Shown here: positions 54,728-64,000 of the stretch, piece after piece
How the letters are laid out: each line of letters starts with the position of its first letter
How positions within the stretch are numbered: the stretch's first letter is position 1
Source: Adineta vaga
Lineage: Eukaryota > Animalia > Rotifera
Direction of reading: 5' to 3'
Assembly: GCA_021613535.1 (NCBI GenBank)
Contig: CP075492.1
Coordinates: forward strand, 4,588,001 to 4,652,000
DNA: 64,000 nucleotides
Notes under the pieces: model-generated
Seen by the model: the letters and a program-made list of their open reading frames with translations, nothing else
The model's database searches: none
Told to the model about the DNA's origin: nothing
Position numbers and translations under genes: made by a program

Positions 54728-57208
54728 TTATTTATGGTGATTCGGTCTTTGTTCATAGGCATCTCGTGCTACTTCCATCAAAACTTCATCTCCAAATGAT
54801 GAACGTGATGCTTCAGAACTTTGATCATCATAATCATCATTCTCATTGTTTCGTGATTGATGTTGATTGGAATGAATAGCTGGTTTACTTTCCGTATATT
54901 CTTGTGTATTTGTTGATGGTACATCTGGTGGTGACCAACGTGATTTTCTTGGTCGTTTTGTTGAATTGATTTTGGATTTATAATATTCAAAACTATTTAA
55001 TAGATTCTTAATCGCATCCAAAATTGTATCAGATGTTTCTTCAAGTTTTCGGGGAATTGCATGTGGTGATGCATGATGTCGTTCATCTTGAATTCTATTC
55101 GAAAGACGTTGTTCGATCGATGTAATGATACCTATAGCTTGTTCTAAAGATTCTTTCTCGAATAGATTGATATTTGATTGACAAACTCCTATTTCATAGA
55201 CAATTCTTTTTACTGTTTCATAGAATGATCTGAAACCTCGATTATGTAAAACTTCGGATAAACAATGAAGTGACTTGTATAACTAAATAAAGACAACAAC
55301 AATAACTTGAATTTTTTCTAATTTTCATTCGTAAGTTGACTTACATTTCGAAATAATGAATCTTTTTCATTTTTATTCAGTTCCTCAGTTGTCATTCGAG
55401 TTGATTGGTGATGATGATGCTGACGATGGTGATGATGATGAGGTGATGTTGATAATGCTCGTGATTGTTTTCGAGAATCATTTTCGGAACGATATCGAGA
55501 AGATGTACGATCATTCGAATGATTTCGTGATGAGAATGATGTTCTTAGTCAGGATCAACTGAGTAATTTCCTGATGATGCTCGATCTGTTGGATAATTGC
55601 CTGATGATGCCCGATCTGCTGGATAATTTCCTGATGACGCTCGATCTGTTGGATAATTTCTTGATGTAAAAGTCGCTGGATAGTTGCCTGATGAAAATGA
55701 TCTTGAGGATGAATAGTTTCTTGACGAAGAATTCGACGGTGTCGATGTTGGATTATCTCTTGAAGAAGAAGAAGTAGTTGTAGGATAATGCTTTGAAGAA
55801 ACGGAGCTTGATGATGTTGAATCATTTGTATGTTTGTTAGCAGTCGTAGAATGATTTGTTGAGGAAGCCGATCTTGATGATGTTGGATCAGTTGAATGAT
55901 GAGCAGATTTGTAGAACGATATGTTGAAGAAGTAGATCTTGATGGTGCTGTATCATTCGCATGATTGCTAGCAGTTATAGAACGATGTGTTGAAGAACTG
56001 GATTTTGATGGTGCTCGATCATTTGTACGATTGGTAGAAGAAGTAGAAGTGCTTCGTTGGTTGTTTGTTGTAGTATTGTTCCATTGATCATGTATGATCT
56101 GATGAGAAAAAGCATCGTCGAATTAGAATATTATTATCGAAATCTTACATTAAAATTAGTTTGAAATTGATTGAATAAATCAACAATAATTGATTGTTGA
56201 TCAATATGAGATATTCTCATTTTATTCAGATCAATCAGAACTTTGATTGATCGTAATATTTTTTCGATTTTATCCAAAGCATCATGATAGAATTCTTTGT
56301 CGTGTTCATCTGTTGGTTGAATTTGTACTTTCAATCGATCCAATGTAATCGATGAAAGACCTTGCAAAGTACATAGATATTCAAATAATTTAATAAATAC
56401 ACTTTCGTGATGATATTGATGAAGAATATTGCGTACATATTCAATAAATTCATTTAATGATCTTTCAAATGAATAATTAGAAAATGATGTTGTTGATGAA
56501 ATGTGAAGATTGTGTACCATTCGATTATTAAGTAAAGAACTAATAGGAAAACAAGATTAGATTAATGAAGAATCAAGTTAGACCTTCATACTCAGTTGTT
56601 GGTTTGTAATCAGGTGATGGATTACGATCAACTTGAATTACTTCTGGTGATGTTGATGAATCAGCTTCAACTTGAGGAATTCTATTCGAAGAGAAAATGC
56701 TTTCGAAATGAATTATTTTTACTTCTTAAGTTTTACTGTAGCGTGGCCTGTGTCGATGTTCGATTTTTGTCAGGTGTTGAAAAGCAGAAGCTATCGTGAT
56801 GATCTGATTAAAAAAATGTCTTATTTAATCGAGAAAAATAGTCAATCAAATGAAAATTTACCTGCAGGTGTACAAAGATACAATAAAGTACTTCGAAATT
56901 TCAAACCATTTTGATGCACATATTCGAAAAATGTTCGATATCGATTAGTATCTAATACACGCTGTTTAAAATCATGTAATTTTGAATTACGATCTGTTGG
57001 ATCTACGAAAGAAAATGAAATGATTGAATTTATTGTTTTTCATCTTACCGATTTCATATAATTCTCGAAGTTTATCATGAATTTCATCGAAACCCATATC
57101 AATATGACTCAAAATACAATCACGAATCCCACCACCATCAGGAAGAGCAACTTGTTTCAATACACCATCTTTCAATATTAAACGTCCACAATGTACTTTT
57201 TGAGACAT
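54728..57208 (-). CDS. Uncharacterised multi-exon protein with a Ser/Thr/Arg-rich repeat region; apparent 1-nt frameshift at ~55906
   Basis: MSQKVHCGRLILKDGVLKQVALPDGGGIR start; consecutive phase-compatible GT-AG introns; C-terminal RKSRWSPP. Confidence 0.65.
55561..55710 (-). repeat. Coding 30-nt tandem repeat (unit PTDRASSGNY): three near-perfect plus two degenerate copies
   Basis: GGATAATTTCCTGATGAYGCTCGATCTGTT-like units at 55561, 55591 and 55621. Confidence 0.85.
55815..56011 (-). repeat. Coding 66-nt degenerate tandem repeat, three copies (66/65/66 nt)
   Basis: PSKSSSSTHRSITASNHANDTA / PSRSTSSTYRSTN[x]AHHSTDPT / SSRSASSTNHSTTANKHTNDST. Confidence 0.7.
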
Positions 57209-57571
57209 TTCTTATTTTATCTGTAAAAAATAGTTAGTAACGAACTGAGAGTATATTTCATTCACTAATTGTATTGGTAAAAATATTTCAATCTACATTA
57301 TACCATCTGATTTCATTTGGTAAAAGAATTCGTCCATAGATGTCGCTATCGATCAATACATATCGATGGGAAAAGAAAGTCCATTATTTATGTTAAAAAT
57401 TCCTTCTGATTATTTATTAAATTTAATCAAATCAATCGTATTTCGACGATGTTCTTTGTTATATGTTCATGAATGAATTATCATGAATCATCCAAATCTT
57501 TTGTTTAAAAACTCTCTGAACTGAAACATTCTTTTCTTTATTTATCACTTTGTAGTGTATGTAAGTTAACC

Positions 57572-59038
57572 ATGGATTTTGATTATGATTTTGATTTTCT
57601 TAATAATAATAATAATAATAAATATGGTAATTCAACGATTGAACATGAAAAGGAAAATTTTGATTTCGATTTTCCAATATCACAATCAACACCTTCATTA
57701 TCTCGTTGTCAACTTCAACGTGCAATTGATTATCCATCATTGAAAAAACATTATGGTCTTGTAACTTTTTCTAATTATCAATTACCCATAATCTATCGAT
57801 TAATTAATGAAAATTCCTATATACCTTACATTCGTTTTTCTTACGTTTTGAATATTTTTGAACATTCTTCTTATAAAAAATTCTTTGTCACTATTCGCAA
57901 TTTACCAGTTATAGAAATGACATCAATTGAACGAAATTATTATGATGAAATATCTTTATTTACAGCGGATTCTGATTGGTCTAATTATCAATTATTAAGT
58001 GTATCAATGCTCGATAGTATTCTCGCAATTATTGATTTAACTGAATATTTTCATTCGAATTCTTTGGAACGAAATATTCAATGGCAAGAAGCAATCAATA
58101 AAGTACGACAAGATGCACGTCAACAATGGATTTTAAATGAACAAATTATTTTAACAAGATTAACAGAAAAGAAAGAAATTGATTCGACATGTATTTCATC
58201 AACAAGTATTGCAAAACGACGAGCTTTATTTGAACAACGTGTACGATAGTTAAATTTATCATTCGAATATAAAACTTTTTTCCTCTTGTATTTTATTTAG
58301 TTAGATCTTTCAATTATTGATGAAATTGGTGGTTTTATTCAAATTGATTCATATATTTATCCATTTATTAAAAATCCATTAGATCAACAAATCTATCTTA
58401 ATCTTGATGATATTCGACAGACTTATATTCCAATACCATCTTGTCTTATCTCTTATACGAATGAAAATTCTCCTATGTTTCGTGCTTATAGTCTTCTAAT
58501 TGAACAAGCTCAAGCAAATTATCACTGGAATACAATTCATCATGGTCAAAAAAATGCTTTAGCTAAATATTTACCTTCATCGAAACGTATGGAAGAAAAT
58601 CTTTCTGATAAATTATCATTTATTCCATTACAAACGATGTTACATCTTTTCTTAACTAAACAATCCAATTTACATTTACAATTTGTTCAATTATTTGAAA
58701 CCTCATCATTACAAGAAATTGAATTAAATTATAAGAATAATGTTGCTCGACAATTTATTATGATTGGTAAACGACAAAGTGGATTAATTAATAATCAAAT
58801 ACCTTGTTATATTCATTCTCAATTCAAACAAAAATTGATTTCAATTCCAAGTGAAATACCAACACAACGATTAGTTACGAATGATGAACGTCTTTATTTG
58901 AATATGATTCTTCTTTACAATGGACTTTGGAAAAATCTTTTAACAAAACACAAACAATGGTATTGGAAAGATATCGATGAGAATGAACAAGGAAATTTTC
59001 AAATTGAAATTTTATTTCAAAATAATAAATCACAATAA
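57572..59038 (+). CDS. Uncharacterised protein, two exons (57572-58240, 58301-59038)
   Basis: Two long ORFs joined by a 60-nt GT-AG intron in phase 0; no family recognised. Confidence 0.7.
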
Positions 59039-59284
59039 TGTGATATATGTAAATGCGAAATTTTGTCTCTAATTGTAAAATGATATTGTATACCGGAAAG
59101 AGAAATGTAAATTTTAAATAAATATTATGAAATCTAGTGTTGTAAATGTTCTAACATACATTCATCAACAAAAAAGAATCTCCGTCAAGTTTAAATGCTT
59201 ATCATTATGTCAATAAAAGACACGCCTAGTAAAGAAATAACTCGAACAATTTTTGAAAAGATTTTCATTTTGATATGACACAGA

Positions 59285-61090
59285 ATGATGTCATCAAAAA
59301 CATCATTTGATAAATTATCAACAGAAATTTTTCTTCATATATTTGATTATTTATCTACTAATGAAATTATTTATACATTCATCTATCTTAATTCACAATT
59401 TCGAAATATATTATTACATCATGAACGATATTTGCATCATTTTGAATTACCAATTGAAAATTTTCAATTCTATCAAAATCTTCTTCCAATTATCAACGAT
59501 AAAATAAGAATTTTAACAATTCCAACAACAGATTTATCTTTATCATTAGATATTTTATTCAATTTAAAAACTATCATTATTTCTTCACCATATGGTCTAT
59601 CTGATCGTTCATTACAAACATTATTTTCTCATAAATATTTTCCTAATTTACGAGTATTAAAAATACAAAGTGAAAATTATCTTAAAACTCGATCATCATT
59701 ACTTCGTGATAATTTTGAACATTATTTCTTTACAAATATCTTTAATGAACGTAATCAATTAGAATATTTCGAATATTTATCTTTAATTCAATTATTTAGT
59801 CGTAAAACACTAAATAATTTTCAAATCAATTCATCTTTAATTTCATTAACATTATATTTAAATGAATTTCGTGATATCTTTATCATTCTTCGTTATACAC
59901 CGAATGTTATTTCATTAAATATAAAAACAATTCTATGTTCAATTCATCAAAAACATGATGAATGGTTTAATGATAAACAAATAAAACTTGAAAAATTATC
60001 TTTAACATTTCTAACAAAACATTCTCTACAAACAGATCATTTTACTCAACAAACTGATTTTCTTCATTTCATTAGTGATATCAAATTGTTTTCTTCAACA
60101 TTAATTTTTTTATCAATGAATTTTATTAATTTAAATATTTCGAATATTGAGGATTTTCCATTTAATGGTCTCAAATTACAACATCAATTATTAGAATCCA
60201 TGACAGAATTGAAACAATTTCATCTCTATTCAAAAGTTCAACAACAATCGATTGATATCGAAAATGTCTTATCAACATTTCAAGATCCATTTTGGTTCGA
60301 TCATAATTGGTCAATTGGTATCCATGGAAAATATTTATATACGTTACCATTTCATTTTAATGAATTATATGATTTTATTGATTTCAATCAGATTAAATCA
60401 AATAATAATAGAATTCTTCATTCGTCTGGAATTTGGTCAAAAGTTAAACTAATTGAATTTGCTCGATCAAATAAATTTAATCTTTCTCTAATTAAACAAA
60501 TTAAAATAAAGTTTCCTCAATTAAATGCAATAAGATTTCTTTCAAGTGGTTTATTTAGTTATTCCGAAATATTGAATCATCCAAATCTACTCGATGAAGA
60601 AATTCTAACGAATATATCAACTGTTCATTTAATTGGTGGTTCAATTGAACATATTAAACAATGGTTAATTTATGTTTTACCAAATGTTAAACATTTAATT
60701 TTATCGTATACTGGATTACCATCAATTACTAGTCAATTAATGACAATTTTAAATAAGAAAATTCATCGATTAGATATTCATGAATATAGTGTTATTAAAC
60801 AAATGATTATAACGAATGAAATTTATTTTTCTAATGTTGAAGATATACGATTAATATTACATAGTATTGAAGGAAAATTTCAATGGTATGTAAAGACTTT
60901 AATGAAAATCTTAACAAATTATAAACATTTGAATACATTATCGTTATGTATTATCGATGAAAATAATCTACAAACATTTGGTTCATCGGAAGCAGAATTG
61001 AGTAAAATAATTGAATATTTAAAAATGAATGGAATTGACAAACTTTACCATATTAAACGACATCGAGAATCAGTGCTTTTTTTTAAATAG
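59285..61090 (+). CDS. Intronless F-box/LRR-like protein (expanded lineage-specific family)
   Basis: N-terminal F-box-like FDKLSTEIFLHIFDYLS..IIYTFIYLNSQF; LxxLxL repeats; FQDPFW..YTLPF. Confidence 0.8.
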   Translation: MMSSKTSFDKLSTEIFLHIFDYLSTNEIIYTFIYLNSQFRNILLHHERYLHHFELPIENFQFYQNLLPIINDKIRILTIPTTDLSLSLDILFNLKTIIISSPYGLSDRSLQTLFSHKYFPNLRVLKIQSENYLKTRSSLLRDNFEHYFFTNIFNERNQLEYFEYLSLIQLFSRKTLNNFQINSSLISLTLYLNEFRDIFIILRYTPNVISLNIKTILCSIHQKHDEWFNDKQIKLEKLSLTFLTKHSLQTDHFTQQTDFLHFISDIKLFSSTLIFLSMNFINLNISNIEDFPFNGLKLQHQLLESMTELKQFHLYSKVQQQSIDIENVLSTFQDPFWFDHNWSIGIHGKYLYTLPFHFNELYDFIDFNQIKSNNNRILHSSGIWSKVKLIEFARSNKFNLSLIKQIKIKFPQLNAIRFLSSGLFSYSEILNHPNLLDEEILTNISTVHLIGGSIEHIKQWLIYVLPNVKHLILSYTGLPSITSQLMTILNKKIHRLDIHEYSVIKQMIITNEIYFSNVEDIRLILHSIEGKFQWYVKTLMKILTNYKHLNTLSLCIIDENNLQTFGSSEAELSKIIEYLKMNGIDKLYHIKRHRESVLFFK

Positions 61091-61392
61091 AACGTCCGGA
61101 ATTCATAACTTCATGATTTAGACATAGCTATATGATTGCAATCGTTTATTATTCAGTCTAGTCATGTTTTCGTCATAAGTTATGATGAATAGGAAAGGAA
61201 AAAAACATTATAAGTTCATTTTTCTTTCTGTATGTATCGATAGTCATCGATAAAAACGATATTATATAAATCAAAGAGGAATTGAAGATTTAATAAATTT
61301 ACAAAATTGTTGAGAAATGAAACATATCAATATGTTTCTCATGATTTATTAATGAATATAGACAAAACTACAAACAAGAATAATGTTTTGAA

Positions 61393-61744
61393 TCAATCAT
61401 TTGATTCACAATCTTCCATTTGAACGCAAGCACTGTGTTTATCGTCCGTTTCTCGAACATAACCTTTCTTACAATAACAACCCGGTACACATTGAAGTGT
61501 ACATGGTTTTTGTAGATTTGAACTAATAACATCATCACAATTCAATGGACATGCCGTACCACATGAATTGTAAATTTCATGTTCTTTAAAACATCGTTTT
61601 GATGCATCAACTAGAAAATTCAAATAAAAACAAATTCATTTCATTTTATACGAAAAATAAAAACTTACTTCTGGCTTGTACAGTTAAGGTAAAAACCAAC
61701 ACTATCATAGCAAGAAACATAATAACACGTGAAATACCAATCAT
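61393..61744 (-). CDS. Secreted TIL-domain (trypsin inhibitor-like cysteine-rich) protein, two exons
   Basis: Signal peptide MIGISRVIMFLAMIVLVFTLTVQA; C..HEIYNSCGTACPLNC..PCTLQCVPGCYCKKGYVR..CV..C (10 Cys). Confidence 0.9.
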
Positions 61745-62303
61745 ATTTGAAATTCAAACGACGATAAATGTATAAAGATGAATATGTTTTTATATTATAA
61801 CAATCGATTATATATATATATGTAGGGTTAATGTAGGAATCAGTTCGATAGAAAGCAAACAGAGAAACAAAAAGATTATTCAAGGTTGTTATTCTTCTCT
61901 AGTATTAAATGAATAATGCGTAATCAAAATAAGCTTTTACTAATATTTGATGTTTAATAAAGCAAATAATACAATTTACTTCAATACTCTAAAGTTGATT
62001 TCAAGTGAGATTTTAATCCGAATCATCTATTCCGTAGATATATTAAGTTTAGTACCTTTTGACATCGTTAACATAAGATTTATCAGAGCCAATAGGAATT
62101 GAAAAAAAAAGATTTTGATTATGCTACAAAACGAGTAGCAGTACATTTTTTCTTTGCAATCGATTACCTTTCTAAAAATATCGCTTAATATGTATACCTA
62201 CTTATATGTAATCCTTATCGAAAGGGGCAAACTTCAATGAAAGAATCAAAGACTAAAGAGTTTATTAAATGCATTGCTAATGTAAGACAAATGATGAAAT
62301 TAA

Positions 62304-63591
62304 TTAATATTCGAAACAATCGAATAATGATAAACGAATAGTATTTATTGTCTGATAGATATTTATCGCCGAAGCAGTATTGGCGTAAATATCGCCATTT
62401 GTAAGAATAATCATTCCTATATCACCCTTTTCATTGATCAACATAGAATTAGTTGCACTAGGAAGTGTACCACCATGTCCAAAATATCGACGACCATTGT
62501 TTAATGTTTGCCAATTCCACGCAAGTCCAAATTGTAACGTTGGAAGTGATGTTTGATTCACATTTTCAAATGAAATCACATCGTTCACTATTTTTTTCAT
62601 CTCTTTGATCGATTCAGCACGAATAACTGACGAACCATTGTTCATTATCATTTGTACATATTTCGAAAGAGAACTACCCGACATTCGTAATGAACCAGAT
62701 GGGTAAACACTCAAACTATACCATGGAATAGAAAGCCAATTTGGAATTTTCATCTAAAACATATCTTCTCTTTCTTCTTATCGGATGAGAAAGTAAGATG
62801 ATTACTTGTGTAATATTCAATCGAGGTGTCATCTTTTTCCATTGTGCCAAATTTGATGAATTGTATACATAATGTCTTACTAAATTCTCCTTCTCTTTTA
62901 TGTAAGATAAACGAAAAGCAGCTTCTTCGCTGTTGATATTCAATGGTTTAAGAATATTTTCTTTGACATATTCTTCAAATGACATTCGAGTAACACGTTC
63001 AATGATCAATGCAGCAAGACCAGTACCAACATTTGAATAGAGTGTGACTGTACCTGGTGGATATGGTATCCAATTTGAAGTATTATTTGTTAAATATTCG
63101 AAACATGTTTGAGCTAATGTTGTTTGTGTAAATGCATCATCATCGGACATAAAAAAATGAGGTTCAATTTGATCATTTAGAGCGATCGATGCTGAATGTG
63201 ATAATAATTGTCGAAGAGTAATCGAAGATAAAGGAAAAGATGGATGTGAAATATGTGGATCAGTTGAGAGAAGATAGTGATTGATATCTGTATCAAGATC
63301 GATAAGATTGGATTCAACAAGTTGCATAGCAGCAAGTGCAATGAATGTTTTTGAGATCGATGCTAAGAGAAAGATTGATTTGTCAACATTCATAGGTTGA
63401 GTCGGTAGAAAAGATTGATGACCAAATGCTTGTTGATAGAGAGTATGAGTTGTATTGATAACAATAATGACAGCACCTGGAATATGAACATCGAAAAGAG
63501 ATTGTTCGATGAACGATCGTGTTGGACATTGCTTGCTATTGATAGTTATAAATAATGTAAATGTAATAGATAAAAATGTAAGATACGACAT
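62304..63591 (-). CDS. Secreted beta-lactamase-family (class C/AmpC-like) serine hydrolase, one intron (62804-62754)
   Basis: Signal peptide; SxxK (ASISK), ITLRQLLSH, PPG..YSN, YFGHGG; NITQ|GT..AG|MKIP splices in frame. Confidence 0.9.
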
Positions 63592-64000
63592 GATTTCAAA
63601 TGTTATTCTTTTTCGTTTGAATGATAAAATCTATGTAACATAAGAATAAATCTTTCTTTCGATTACGATTAAGATTTAAGGAAATATCAATCTTGTGATT
63701 AAAACGTTTTTTTTATCCATTCAAAATCTTTCTCTTCTTTATTAGTTATAAGTCATTTAATCTTTTTATATATAAGACTGAATAGAATCTTTGTAGGTCA
63801 ACTTTATCGTAGGTATTGATAATAAACTTAAGAATTATTTCATATCATCAATTTATTAATTTTAAACACATAATTACAAGTAAAATAAATTAAGGTTTTA
63901 AATAAAACTTCAGGAATTTGTAATGTGACCTTATGGACTACATTGATCACGTTTTATACAAGTAGAATCTTGAGCACTAGCTCGTACATAGCCCTCTTGA

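Noticed and set aside
55561-55710. CRISPR-like array
   Set aside because: Head-to-tail repeats with no unique spacers, inside a eukaryotic exon, and no cas genes
55511-55825. Gln/His-rich repeat ORF (MIQHHQAPF...)
   Set aside because: Most likely an alternate frame of the Ser-rich repeat region, reached only through the 55906 deletion
59285-63591. Bacterial contamination explanation for the foreign-looking or intron-poor genes
   Set aside because: Base composition matches the flanks, the TIL and beta-lactamase-family genes have spliceosomal introns, and the block is contiguous with clear metazoan genes

Overview
Eukaryotic (metazoan) genomic DNA: very AT-rich and gene-dense, with many short GT-AG introns (mostly ~46-65 nt). 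The gene content (lineage-type nuclear receptors, intronless F-box/LRR genes, a bacterial-type beta-lactamase-family gene, a non-metazoan-type cysteine synthase) points to a bdelloid rotifer; this is an inference. About 25 protein-coding loci and one solitary 5S rRNA gene were reconstructed by hand-splicing. Housekeeping genes: PTP1B-like phosphatase, Rab2, WDR3/Utp12, BAIAP3/Munc13-4, ZC2HC1A, RBM22, PHF24, a tetraspanin, a calponin-homology protein and ACADSB. Main observations: (1) a four-exon, 1237-aa gene fusing a vWA (MIDAS) domain, a CxxC...CxxC zinc/RING-like module and a long helical region to a catalytically intact Endonuclease V, divergently paired with a secreted orphan enzyme-like gene; (2) an acyl-CoA dehydrogenase gene with two paralogous 69-codon modules (three exons including a 15-nt micro-exon versus one exon) only 41 nt apart, i.e. 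a candidate mutually exclusive substrate-pocket switch; (3) a spliced antisense gene nested in the intron of a membrane-anchored HIT/GalT-like gene; (4) three phase-compatible alternative first exons for Munc13-4; (5) operon-like same-strand spacing; (6) three 1-2 nt frameshifts that may be assembly errors. No database searches were run, so family calls rest on recognised motifs.
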